Assembly (NCBI GenBank): GCA_964016885.1
Contig: OZ024743.1
Coordinates: forward strand, 229,958,001 to 230,022,000
Direction of reading: 5' to 3'
Source of the DNA: Eledone cirrhosa
Lineage: Eukaryota
DNA length: 64,000 nucleotides
A program made the translations under genes and the position numbers. The notes beneath the pieces were generated by a model that ran no database searches, had not been told where the DNA came from, and was given only the letters and a program-made list of their open reading frames with translations. Below, one piece after another: positions 39,644 through 53,540 of this stretch (positions are counted from its first letter, which is position 1; each line of letters begins with the position of its first letter).

Positions 39644-42561
39644 TGAATGCTGAAATAAAAAATACCTGGAACAAAGATACGGCCATTGAGGAAATGAATG
39701 CTGACGGGTTAGGACAATATTTGGTTGATATCCTAAACTTAGTGGTAGATGAAATGAACAATGATAGTGGGAAACCTATGAACCTAAGATTTGTAGACAG
39801 GAAAAAGTTAAAAGAAACAACAGCTAAGGTAAACAAAGTCATCCCATACCTTGAGGCGAGGAGCCTTCACCAGTGCAACAATATCCTCAAAGCAACAGCA
39901 AATGCGGTGAGGAAATTACTTGGCATAAAAGCGAGAGCAAACAACAAACAAGAAAGATCAGAACCTTGGTGGAAGAAACGACTGAATGGTCAAATCAGGG
40001 AAATGAGAAATGACATTGGAAAGCTTGAGTCCCTACTGAATGAGACACTAAAAAACATAGACACTAAAGATAGACTGGAAATAAAGTACAAAACTCGGAG
40101 GAAAAAGCTAAATATTATCATAGAGGAACTGAAGCAACGAATTATAGCAAAGAGTGCAAAAATTAGGCGATACGAGAGCAGAGTCAGTCAGTATAGATAG
40201 AACCGCATGTTTGACAACAACCAGAAGATGTTGTTTGGACAGCTTGAAGGGAAAGAAAGAGGCAACGACTTGATCTCTGAGGCGGAACAAACTAAGACAT
40301 TCTGGAGAGGAATATGGGAACAGGAGGTTAAACATAATGACCAGGCAGTGTGGATTGAGACAGTACAAAAGGAGATTAGTGAACAGGCACGCCAACAAAC
40401 TGATTTGAGTATCACAGTTGAAACTCTTAAGGGGCAGGCAAAAAAACTAACCAACTGGAAATCACCAGGCCCAGATGGTGTGCAAGGGTATTGGTTTAAC
40501 AATATAACATCCCTCCACCCGAAACTGACAACCATGTTCAATGACTGCTTGATGTCAGGTGAGGTACCAGAGTGGTTGACAAAAGGTACCACAGTTCTGG
40601 TAACGAATGACCGAATCAAGGGTAATGATGTTACCAACTATAGACCTACCACATGTCCGTCCGTAATGTGGAAACTGTTGACAAGCTTTGTGTCTGAGGA
40701 AATCTACCATCACCTCCACACAAACAACTTGTTACCGGACGAACAGAAAGGATGCCGAAAGAAGTCCCGTGGTACAAGGTACCAGTTACTTATTGATAAG
40801 ATGGTAATGAGGAATTGCAAGAGGAGACACACTGGTCTTGCCATGGGATGGAGAGACAACAAAAAGGCATTTGACATGGTGCCTAATTCTTGGATCACCA
40901 AAAGCCTAGAGATCTTCAAGGTGGCAGATAACATCAGACAGTTGTTGAGCAAAAGTATGAAGTCCTGGAAAACAGAGTTAACATCAGCTGGAGAATCCTT
41001 GGGAGGCGTGAAAATCAAGAGAGGTATCTTCCAGGGAGATAGTCTTTCCCCCCTGTTGTTTGTCCTTGCCCTGATGCCCCTGACCATTATACTGCGAAAA
41101 GTGAGAGCAGGATACAAGTTGGGAAAAGGAGAGCTTACCATCAATCACCTCCCTTCATGGACGATCTTAAGCTCTTCGGGAAGAGTGAGAAGGAGTTGGA
41201 TGTGCTTGTTGACACTGTCCGTCTTTTCAGCAAAGATATATGTATGCAATTTGGTATTAGTAAGTGTGGAGTCCTTGTGATGAAGAAGGGGTAAATTGAG
41301 CAGAAGCAACGGAATCCAGGTACCAACAAGTGAGATGATAAAGGAAAATGATACTGAAGAAGGATACAAGTATTTGGGTGTTCTGGGGGCTGATGACATC
41401 AAGAACAAAAAAATGAAAGAATTGATAACATCTGAATACATTCGGAGAGTAAGGAGCGTATTAAAGTCACACATGATCAGTAGGAATGCCATAAGTGCAG
41501 TAAATTCCCGAGCTGTGTCTATTATTAGGTACAGTGCGGGAATTCTGAGATGGAATGTTGTTGAACAAAAAGAAATGGATAGGAAGACTAGGAAGCTATT
41601 GACTATCTACAACATGTTCCACAAGAGGAGTGATGTCGATAGACTCTACTTAAGGAGATCTGAAGGTGGATGAGGTCTTATCAGCATAGAGGACTGTGTT
41701 CAGATGGAGAAAAACAACCTACACAAATACGTGACTGATAGTAGTGAGCCAATGCTCATATTTGTACTGAAGGAGAGGACAATAGACCAGGGGATGTCTA
41801 AGGAGGAAATAACAACAAGGAGAAAGAGAAACCTTCATGAAAAATCACTTTATAGTACCTTCTTTGAATTCAGAGATCCACAGACATGGAACTGGTTGAA
41901 AAGAGGAGACCTTAAAAAGGCTACAGAAGGAATGCTAATGGCTGCGCAAGAGCAGGCCCTCAAAATGAAGTGGCTGAAACACCACATTTACAAGGAGGAG
42001 GTTAGCCGAGTGTGCAGGGTCTGTGGAGAGAGAGGAGACTGTGGCTCACATTGTATCCGAGTGTAAACACCTAGCCCAGACTCACTATAAAGCCTGGAGA
42101 CATGATGTGGTGGGCAGGGTGATCCACTGGCACCTATGCAAAGTAAACAATTTACCACATTCTGAGAAGTGGTATGAGCATAAGCCAAAGTCGGTGATAG
42201 AAAACGATCAGGTGAAGGTGCTGTGGGATTTTAGGATACAGACGGACAAGAAACTGGAACACAAGAGACCTGACCTGGTGGTTTGGGACAAGGGCAAAAG
42301 ATCGTGCCTGGTTGTGGATGTGGCCTGCCCATTCGACACGAGTGTGCAAGAAAAGGAGAGGGAGAAAATTAACCGATACCAGGACTTAAAGTGGGAGGTA
42401 AAAAGGATTTGGAACTTCTATGAAGTCAAAGTGGTCCCGATTGTCATAGGCGCACTAGGTACTATCTCAAAGAGTTTCCAGGGATGGTTAAAGAAAATTG
42501 GCCCCTCCCCGCTTTTTGGAACACTTCAAAAGGCATCCTTGCTGGGAACAGCAATAACCCC

Positions 42562-42673
42562 TGAATATCTGAGGCTGCAGGTAGTGGCTTGAATATCTGA
42601 GGCTACAGGTAGTGGCTTCAATATCTGAGGCTGCAGGTAGTGGCTTGAATATCTGAGGCTGCAGGTAGTGGCT
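42562..42673 (+). repeat. 4 x 28-bp tandem repeat at the end of the R4/Dong ORF
   Basis: Unit TGAATATCTGAGGCTGCAGGTAGTGGCT, nearly perfect. Confidence 0.95.
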
Positions 42674-42794
42674 TGATACTCATTTCAACAAACTTTCCAG
42701 TTAACCAACATCAATGACTGAGACTCAAAGAACAATAATAATATTTATTATTATTAGTACTATTACTATTATAATGCCGATCATGGTACAAATA

Positions 42795-43057
42795 ATAATT
42801 GTTTCTACTTTAGGCACAAGGCCAGCAATTACCCAGTTAATGAACAACTAATAATAATGAACAACAAATAATAATTTGTTTCTACTTTTGGCACAAAGCC
42901 AGTAATTACCCAGTACATTACTGGTACTTTATTTTATCGACCCGTAAGGATGAAAGGCAAAGTTAACCTCGGCGGGATTTGAACTCAGAATTGCAAGGGC
43001 CGTAACTCTATGCGTCAAAGCATGGCGCTCGACGCCTCTACCGATACTGCCAATCCA
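42795..43057 (-). mobile_element. SINE family A: tail fragment (42795-42836) plus full copy (42872-43057)
   Basis: Family consensus; AATAATGAACAA repeated at the flanks. Confidence 0.9.
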
Positions 43058-43310
43058 CCAATAATGAACAATAGCGATGACACACGTATGAATTTGTAGG
43101 AAGCTGGAAGTTGTTTAGAAACTGCGAGATCTCTTACAGTACAACATTTCCAATTACACCGGAACAAATGGAATCTAGTTATTTTCCACACCACGTGGTT
43201 TGACCCTTGTAGGTCATAAAATGGCAGGAGTTGTTGCAAGTTAATATAGAGCTTGAAGCGATAGTTTTATTTCTTACTCAGTTTGTATATATGTGTAAAT
43301 GTGTAATGTA

Positions 43311-43394
<84 letters not shown>

Positions 43395-43395
43395 G

Positions 43396-43492
<97 letters not shown>

Positions 43493-44044
43493 ATATATAT
43501 ATATAAATTCACTGCTTGCTGTTGTAATGTCGTATGTTATTGATAGCTTTGCTTGATTGTTATGTTTCATAATGTTTCAAACACGGCCCTTAGAAGAGAG
43601 CTATGAATAAAAGCATTCATGAGACAAGCGAGCGACATGTCGCCCATAACGCCAATCAAAATTAAGTGACGTTTTTCAAGAGAGATTTTTCCGAAGGTGT
43701 GAGTTGTTCTTGACAACCCATTGGGACCTGGACGAACACATATTCACACAGTGAAAGCCTCATTAAAAACGACAAAAATTCGCCATTTTAAAGAAAACTA
43801 ATTTTTCGAATCGCATTTCCTCAACATCTCTCCCTCTCACCACTCTCAATCTTTGATGTCTCTGTATGTCTCTTTCATTCATTCTCTCTCTCATTATGTC
43901 TCTGTAAGTCACTGACGCTCTATGCGTCCTTCCATGCCTCCCACTTTCATTTATTTATTCTCACTCACTTTCTAAATACAGGAGAAGAAAGAGTTGCAAT
44001 ACCTGCACCTGGATTTTATAATCTTATCACATTAAATACATACA

Positions 44045-44300
44045 CAAACACATAAATATATCCATATAAACATACACACACACACTTAAATATATCCATA
44101 TAAACATACACACATAAATATATCCATATAAACATACACACACACACATAAATATATCCATATAAACATACACACATAAATATATCCATATAAACATACA
44201 TACACACACATAAATATATCCATATAAACATACACACATAAATATATCCATATAAACATACACACACATATATAAATATATCCATATAAACATACACACA
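44045..44300. repeat. 30-34-bp minisatellite CACATAAATATATCCATATAAACATA(CA)n
   Basis: About 8 directly visible units. Confidence 0.9.
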
Positions 44301-44352
44301 TCTTAAACCAAATGTATTTGAAATAATTATATATTTATCGCACACATATACA

Positions 44353-44550
<198 letters not shown>

Positions 44551-44630
44551 GCATATGCACAGGCACACACACACACTCACCATATATATATATTTATATA
44601 TATATATGTGTGTGTGTGTGTGTGCGTGTT

Positions 44631-44663
<33 letters not shown>

Positions 44664-44846
44664 TGTGTGAGTGTGGGTGTGTGTTCCTGTGCATGTGCAT
44701 ATCAATACATGCACAAGTATTCTGATGCATATTGTGTTATCTGGGTTTATTTACAATATTGAAATATAATCAAGAGAATATTTACAAGGTGTGTACCTAC
44801 ATACATATATATATATACTCATATATATATATATGTGTGTGTGTTT

Positions 44847-44886
<40 letters not shown>

Positions 44887-45555
44887 GTGTGTGTGCGTGC
44901 GTGTGTGTGTGTGTGTGTGCACAGACGTGTAATCAGTAATCTCAGAAAAACTCTCATCCGCGTCTTTTTATCGTGAATTAAACTAGAAAATGTTAATCTG
45001 TGTTCAGCTAACTTACATAATCCTACACATAATGAGTGGCTTATCTTGATCAAGTATTTGATAAATTCTTACGTAATCTACTTCCATATACCAGAATTAG
45101 AAGTGTAGCGTACTTCGATAACAAAACGGTCTTTTGAGATTTTGAAAATTAATCTAGGAACTGGTTGCAGGTGATGTCTTATGGAATAAAGAATCTAAGA
45201 TGAAAAATACTTTCGATGTTTATGAATTAATTTTTATTTTGTAAACAAATGAGGAGTGTCTATATATTCACGCGAATTCCGAGAAATAGAAGACTAATCT
45301 GACAGGAAAGGAACGGAAATGAGACAATCGTCAGATTGAAAAAGCAAATGATATTTCAATTCGTCTTTGAATTACTGATACTATCTTTTTGTCGAAAGTG
45401 TTGACTGAATGCGGTGGGGTTTGAATTCAGAAAGCAACAAATACTAAATTATTTAATCCGACGCTCTACCTATTTTGCCAATTCGCCGATATTAAAGAGG
45501 TTTAATTTCCTTCACCCACAGTATGCCTTCAAAAAGAAACGATACATTTGAGAAG

Positions 45556-45750
45556 ACAATTGGCAGCGTCGATAGAGCGTCGGACAACATGCTTTACCGC
45601 ATAGGGTTACGCCCCTTTACAATCTAAGTTCAAATACTGCCGAGGTCGATAAAATAAAGTATCAGTAATGAACTGGTGGTCGGTTTAATCGACTTTTAAC
45701 CTCCTCCAAAATTCTTGGCCTTGTGCGTGACTAAATCAGAAACCAATATT
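45556..45750 (+). mobile_element. Older family A-related SINE
   Basis: AATTGGCAGCGTCGATAGAGCGTCGG head, GTTCAAAT B box, GGTCGATAAAATAAAGTA core, TTGGCCTTGTGC tail. Confidence 0.75.
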
Positions 45751-46645
45751 ACAAGTGGTTTTCCATGGACAGAAATGTCTCTGATTTATCAAGGATTAAA
45801 TGGTGTTAACAAACAACAGTCGAACATTTCTACTCTCGTTTTGTTTACATATACATCAGTTCTGATTGAGCACGCTTTTCATCAAAATCATTTTAATCAT
45901 GACAATTCCTTCTTTAATTTTCAGAATACAATATTCCTCCTCTATCAGGTTAGCTGTTCATCCTTGATCCATAAAGTATAATATCAAAGAGGTCAGTGAA
46001 ACTATGGAATTGTTAGAGCGTTGGATGAGATGCCTTAATGTACTTGTTCAAACTCTTTGTCTTCCGACGTAAAATTCCAGAGTGGCCTACATTGGTGGTA
46101 GACAAAATCGCCCACCCATTTCTACAATATCCTCTGGTATTTATGTTTATTAAGCGAAGTCCACCTTCTTGAAATATTTCGCGTCACGTTTTCCATTTGA
46201 AGAGACCTTTTTCACTACATTTCTCCCATTAGTCTTCAGGGCCCTGTAAATATGTTATTGACACCATCCACAATTATCGATAAAACAGTGAATAAACGTG
46301 TAACATTTGTGAAGGCAATGGCGAGTAATTTTAATAAAATGTTACTGCTATGTCTAACAGATCAAGTAAGTACGTGAATGCTCCTAAGTTGTCTCGTATG
46401 TTCTTATTGTTGTCATTTTTTATCATCGGTTAGGGCCTAACCATTAGGTTGTTTATGTTTGCCTTAATCTTGTAATTGATTCCGTAATATTTGTAATGTA
46501 CACTGATGACAAAGTCTTATGTCACGATCTTATATCGTAAGTAGGGCATAGAAATAGGTGTTTGGAATTTCGCAATATTAAAAGAATATTTGGAATCTTG
46601 CCTTCTATACATATATATATGCCTTCACACACAGAGGGAGGGAGA

Positions 46646-46716
<71 letters not shown>

Positions 46717-46898
46717 GGAGAGAGAGAGAGAGAGAGAGAGAAGGCACATGGCTTACACGTTGGAGTAATGGGCTCATGATCTTAAGTTCGCGAGTTCGAT
46801 TTCCGGCGGTGCATTGCCCTAGAGCAAAAAACATTATTTGTGGAATGTTCATCCAAGTGCACGTTGATTTCACGAACAGATTGTTCCGTTGATCAAAT

Positions 46899-49800
46899 AA
46901 TTGTTTCTACATTTGGCACAAGGCCACCAATTACCCAGTGCATTACTGGTACTTTATTCTATCGACCCCGTAAGGATGAAAGGCAAAGTTAACCTCGGCG
47001 GGATTTGAACTCAGAATGGCAAGGGCCGTAACTCTATGCGTCAAAGCATGGCGTCCGACCCTCTACCGATACTGCCAATCCACCGCCCCTTGATTAAATA
47101 GTGTGGAATACTCCTCTTCGAAACTGATGGAATGCCTGGTTTCTAAAGTTGTATAACTTTACGATGTTTCTGCCACCTCTGAACAGAATCGCTATGTTGC
47201 TGCTAGCGTCGCTGAAACCTGTCAGACTACAAATCAATGATTTTGTCACATTATGTGTCGGAATTGGCAGTATCGGTAGAGAGTCGGACGCCATGCTTTC
47301 TAGCATAGTTACGTCCCTTTACAGGCTGAGTTCAAATCCCGCCGAGGTTAACTTTGCCTTTCATCCTTACGGGGTCGATAAAATAAAGTACCAGTAATGT
47401 ACTGGTAATTACTGGCCTTGTGCCTAAAGTAGAAACAATTATGTGTCAATGAGGTGAATTCGCAGTATCGGTAGAGGGTCGGACGCCATGCTTTGACGCA
47501 TAGAATTACGGCCCTTTCCATTCTGAGTTCAAATCCCGCTGAGGTCAACTTTGCCTTTCATTCTTGCGGGGTCGATAAAATAAAGTACCAGTAATATACT
47601 GGTTAATTGCTGGCCTTGTGCCAAAAGTAGAAACAATTATGTGTCAATGAGGTGTATTTTTCATGTTAAAACTGTTAGTACTATCACCATTATCTTTACT
47701 GTTAACACTTTAGATCCACCAAACTCCAGTACCAAGCCTGACCAAGCTACAATATGATGACTTGTCATCGTCATCGTCACCATAGTCGTCACCGTCATAT
47801 TCACCATCGCTCTCATCGTCCTATCACTATTGGTAGAGGGTCGGACATGATTTTCAGCACAGTTACGTCCCTTTACGATCTGCGTTCAAATCCCGCCGAA
47901 GTTAACTTTGCCTGTCATCCATACGGGGTCGATAAAATAAAGTACCAGTAATGTACTGGATAATTGCTGGTCTTGTGCCAAAAGTAGAAACAATTATTAA
48001 TACCACCAATCACGGTGGATTGACAGTACTAGTAAAGGGTCGGACGCCATGCTTTGTAGCATAGAGTTACGGCTCTTTATGAACTGAGTTCAATCCTGCC
48101 ATGGTTGACTTTGCCTCTCATCCATACGGGGTCGATAAAACAAAGTACCAGTAATGCACTGAGATAATTGCTGGCCTTGTGCCAAATCTAGAAACAATTA
48201 TTAATACCACCAACATCATAAGCGCATCATCATAATCATTATCGTTGTTGCCAATGTATCTCCAACTTCTTTTCCTTTTCATCCTTACGGGGTCGATAAA
48301 ATAAAGTACCAGTAATGCACTGAGATAATTGCTGGCCTTGTGCCTAAAGTAGAAACAATTATTATAGCATTCGCCCCCTCCCCCCAACTAAAACCAATAC
48401 CATCATTATCATCACTATCACAACCATACTTAGATACATATGTGATTGACATATATGCATATATAAATAGTGTTTTTTATGTATGTCTGACTAGCCAATA
48501 TGAATGCATTCCAACTAGACGATGTCACTCAATCAAGATGAGATATTTCCTCAACATCCTAATAACATATAAGTCTTTTTGTCTGTAAAATACTTACCGA
48601 TTGTAGGCAGACATACTATGATGTTTAATAAGACGTTGGTAGAGAAATGATACTTGGTTATTGAATACCCCAAACTAGTTCCAAAATGTCTCTATTTCCA
48701 GTTATGCTGCATATTTTCCCAAATAAAATAATTCCAACGTAGAACTTTGTAAACTGACGAATCTTGATTTTGACAATATTAAGAAAATTACTAAGCCTAC
48801 ATTTTCCACTACACAGCCCATTTATCTGGGACAAATCATATGACATATAATAACCCCATACAACTAAATTCACCGCTTCGGATGTTTCCTCAAAACTGCT
48901 ACACGGAAAATATTCTAGTGATATGTTTAATGATCGGAGAACATTATTAAAGACTTCACTAAGTAATTGCTGGCCTTGTGCCTAAAGTAGAAACACTTAT
49001 TAAAGACTTCATAAGGGCGGTGGATTGGCAGTATCAGTAGAGGGTCGGACACCATGCTTTGCAGTATAGACTTATGGCCCTTTTCGTTCTGAGTTCAAAT
49101 TCCACCGAGGTTAATTTTGCCTTTCATCCTTACGAGGTCGATAAAATAAAGTACCAGTAATGCACTGGAGTAATTTCTGGCCTTGTGCCAAAAGTAGAAA
49201 CAATTATTAAAGATTTCATTTCATTATACAAATTTGTACAAAACTGTGATCATTTAAAGTACACTAATTGATCATTAAAAGTACACTCTCAGATGTTTGC
49301 ACCCCATGCTGCTGCCTAGTTGGCCTTAATATTAGCACATGCCCCGTGTGAACATCTATATGTTACGAGTGTAGTTATTACTGTCCACACCTTGATATTC
49401 TAGCAATTGTCTGTAGACAATAAACTCAATACCATAACCTCGTCGTGGTATATCCATCAAAATGGAAACAGAGTATGGGTAAAATATCAGGGGAAAATAC
49501 GTTTATAGAACATAATTTCAGAAGGGACAGAAAGATATCTGTATAGCCAACAGCAACATATAATTGATAAATGTCTCCGAACATGGAAGAGCCGAACTCC
49601 ACACTGTCATCGCCTCCATCACTCTCGCCCTCCTCATCTTTCTGTATTATGAGCAAATGGGGTCCCGCGTGCTGGCTGTCCCACGGCACCGGCGCACGGA
49701 ATGGAGAAGGCATTTACCCAGAGGATGGTGAGGGAGATGCGCTGGAAGAACCATTCCATCTGCTGAGGTTCACACCTGCGGTAGCCAGCTCAGCGACTAT

Positions 49801-50132
49801 GGCAGTGAGCAGGGAGGTGGCCTTAGGGCCAAGGATAATAGAAGTCTCCACTGCTAGGGGCACGACCTCAAACTTGTGGGAGAGCAACCGATATTTGGTG
49901 AGTGTGCCCTCCTCAGCCCGAAGTAACCAAGGGGTATTATAACATATTAGGGCGGTGGATTGACAGTATCGGTAGAGGGTCGGACGCCATACTTAGAGTT
50001 ACGGCCTTTGCCATTCTGAGTTCAAATCCAACGGAGGTGAACTTTGCCTTTCATCCTTACTGGGTTGATAAAATAAAGTACCAGTAATGCACTGGATAAT
50101 TGCTGGTCTTCTGCCAAAAGTAGAAACAATTA
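46899..50132. mobile_element. Dense cluster of family A SINEs
   Basis: Copies at ~46899-47089(-), 47261-47440(+), 47456-47640(+), 47830-47998(+), 48013-48200(+), 48274-48363(+), 48962-48997(+), 49014-49206(+) and 49950-50132(+); most have TSDs. Confidence 0.95.
49560..49935 (-). mobile_element. CRE-clade-like LINE 3' fragment (restriction-like endonuclease C-terminus)
   Basis: Minus translation RAEEGTLTKYRLLSHKFEVVPLAVETSIILGPKATSLL, then after a frameshift EPQQMEWFFQRISLTILWVNAFSI. This resembles the PLAVET..G...FQRIS..RGNA pattern. Confidence 0.75.
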
Positions 50133-51099
50133 TAACATATTAATTTTTAAACACCACATACATTGTATTGTAATCGAATAGGGTCTCATTAAAGTTTTGT
50201 TACTGCATATTTAGAATGATGTAATTATATTTATATGCAAATATAACAATCGTAGATTATGAAACTTAAATCTAAACCATCGCATTACCTCTAACTTTCT
50301 GTGATGATTTCGTAGAAAATATCTAATATCTAAATTTAGTTTGGTTAATTCAAATCTTTAATATGTCTTTACTACTGGAGCAATAGTTATGTAAATCTAT
50401 TGTATCAAAGTATAGACTAATGTTCAAAATGAGACAGTTGTAGTGCTGTTTTGTAATTCTATAAATGTTTTTGTAGTGTTCGTTCACGAGGCAGCGGGCA
50501 TTTAGAGTTAATGACTTTTTAAAACTTCTTCCAGAAGGCCTCTCAAATCGCACATGCTACCTTAAGGGCGTAGGTTTCCACGTCTAATTAATTCCATATT
50601 TATATAATTCTGAAAATCCGGACATCAATTATATATGATGTTTGTCGGTTTCTCTCACTATGTGTTTGTGTGTGTATTAGTGTGTGTGTGGGGGGGGGGG
50701 GGGGTTAGGCCTGTGTGTGCATGTGTGTGAGTGGGTGTGTTTGTGAATGAGAGAGAAATAGAAAGAAAGAGTAAATAAACAGAGGGGAATAATTTACCGT
50801 ATATAAGCTGTAACTATTACGTTGATATATTCTCGATACACATCATCATCATCGACTTTATGCATATAATGTGTGTATGTGTGAGTGAGTGTGTGTGTGT
50901 GTGTATCTGTGTGTGTGTGTCTGCGTATGTGTGTGTGTCTGTGTGCCTACGTGGAGTGAACAAAATCATTGTCACGAACAATTGTACCTTGCGAGATCGA
51001 TGAATAAATATCAGGAAAATGTCTTGTGGTCGATTCTTTGTAATCTATTAAACTATTGAAGTTTATTTATTAAACGAATTATAAAAATTGGAGGGAAAT

Positions 51100-51248
51100 A
51101 AATAATTGTTTCTACTTTTGGCAGAAGGCCAACAATTACCCCAGTGCATTACTGTTGCTTTATTTTATTGACCGCCATAAGGATGAAAGGCAAAGTTAAC
51201 CTCAGCGGGAATTGAACCCAGAACGTAAAGGGCCATAACTCTATGCTA
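51100..51248 (-). mobile_element. SINE family A, truncated head
   Basis: Core, tail and B box present. Confidence 0.85.
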
Positions 51249-52070
51249 TAATAATAAATAGACGTTTATGAAGTCAATATTTAGAGCTTGTGGATGGGAA
51301 TCAGTTAATATTTTTACTCTTTGAAGTAGTTAAATAACTAAACTTGATCTCATGACCTCTAGAATTAAAATAAAACAACGAATACAGCTATTTCATCAAA
51401 GTAGCCACTGCAACATCCCAAAGGATACTGAATCGTAAGAACGTCACATATTCTCTCGGGAATTCCTTAGAGTGTTACCACATACTTGAAATTCTTAACA
51501 TTTTTGGCTCGTTCGTTATCGCCCCTTAATACCTCTAACTATCACTCACTCTCTAGCACACTAGCTCCTCTTCTCTCTTTTTCCTTCCCTGACTGTCTTC
51601 GTTTCTTTACTTGGTAATACTGAACAACTTTACTCTAATCTCATTATCCTGTTCGATGTTCCAAATCCTATTAAGCTAATTAAGGGGAGCTCTGCATTCA
51701 AAGAGACATTGCCTGCACCCCCTTCTCTCTTCCAGCGTTTCCATGCATACATACAATCGAAGTGGAACCACAACTGGATCACTACTGTCACCGTCACCAA
51801 CTAACCATTTCTTTTTTCTTTTGTTAACTGTTTAGTGAATGTGGTGTGTACATAGCAAGCATGGGACGACACAAACGAATATATAGAGAGAACGCCAACC
51901 AAATTGAAATACGGCGTTCGGAAATTGGCGCGACTTATCTGAAAAATTGCTTACACAATACCTCGTTCCCAACACCCCTACCAACATACATATGCAATCA
52001 CCTAATTCACACACATATGTACATAACATTATATATAAATGTGTGTGTGAATGTGTAAGTATATGTGTGC

Positions 52071-52137
<67 letters not shown>

Positions 52138-52139
52138 GA

Positions 52140-52321
<182 letters not shown>

Positions 52322-52348
52322 CAAGTCAATATAGAGACTTGCTCATGG

Positions 52349-52393
<45 letters not shown>

Positions 52394-52764
52394 TTATTTG
52401 CATTTATTTAAATATCGTAACGCAGCTAACTGCGGTGTGTGTGTGTAGTTGGATGCATGAGCCTGTGTGTCCACGTTAGTATTCATGTATGAGAGATAAC
52501 GATAAAAATGTGTGTGTATCTATGTATGTATTCAAAATGCGTAGCTAGTGGGGAAGATATTTAACACTCGATAGTATGATCTTGAGTTCGATTCCAGTTG
52601 ACATACATCCATCACGTTGCTCGAGTTCACTCGGCTAGAAAATAATGCAGTGTATTTCTAAATCAAAGGGTCAATCTTGTAACATGCTGAATCTACCTGA
52701 AGACACATGTCTGTGGAATGCTCTGCCACTTGCATCGTAATTTGTTGCTCGAATAGCTGGAACA

Positions 52765-53006
52765 TATAATTGTTTCTACTTTTGGCACAAGGCCAGCAAT
52801 TACCTAGTGCATTACTGGTACTTTATCGACCCCGTAAGGATGAAAGGCAAAGTTAACCTCGGCGGGATTTGAACTCAGATCATAAAGGGGCATAACTCTA
52901 TGCTTCAAATCCTGACAATATATAATTGTTTCTACTTTAGGCACAAGGCGAGCAAATAACCAGTGTATTACTGGTACTTTATTTTATCGACCCCGTCATG
53001 ATGAAA
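52765..53006 (-). mobile_element. Two tandem truncated family A SINEs at the end of an old family B SINE (~52538-52764)
   Basis: Copies at 52765-52910 and 52922-53006; ATATAAT at the junctions. Confidence 0.85.
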
Positions 53007-53239
53007 AATATATAATGATGTCTAACATGTAATAAAGGCGTGTGATATAGAGGTTTTCGGCTCGCAATCGTAAGCTCGCGATTTTCTTTTCTAGGGGTGC
53101 ATTGTTTTCCGATTGCTCCCAGATAATTTCACGGGCACACTATTCCCTTGTTCGAACAATCGGAATATTCATCGTCGCAGCCGACTGAGATCCAGCACAC
53201 ACATACACTTAAACGATTGGACGAAAGATGGACCTGCAA

Positions 53240-53540
53240 TTTGACGTTGAGTGTTTCAGATGTTCTATGAAATGAACAGACTGCTCAATGGGCAAGTAGA
53301 TTAGCATTTCACAGACATGTGTACCCGTAACAGAATTATTATAGAGATTCAGCGTGACAAGGCAACTCTTTTGAATAGCAGGTACAGTCAATCCGAATGG
53401 CTTCGAAACAGTTTCACACATAAGGTATGAGTCGACCTGTAACTAAGTAAATGATATTTGCCCAAGATTCCACGCAGAAAGATCGAACCAAGGACCTAAC
53501 AATTGTGAATCGAACTTCTTATCCATTCACCCAGGCTGCA
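53240..53540 (-). mobile_element. Old CORE-type SINE family B
   Basis: CACAGACATGTGTACCC..AGATTCAGCGTGACAAG is complementary to the family B body at 52670-52730; TTGCCCAAGA core. Confidence 0.55.

Larger units (their letters stand above)
38870..42735 (+). mobile_element. R4/Dong-clade (RLE) LINE copy 2, near full length, degenerate
   Basis: WKSPGPDG, EQKGC, KKAFD, IFQGDSLSPLLF, FMDD (frameshifted), YKYLG, CRVC..ETVAHIVSEC, RHD, RPD..DVACPFD..EK..RY endonuclease; ends in (AAT)n. Confidence 0.95.

Noticed and set aside
42562-44300. CRISPR-like arrays (28-bp and 30-34-bp repeats)
   Set aside because: The units are contiguous with no unique spacers, there are no cas genes, and the context is eukaryotic.
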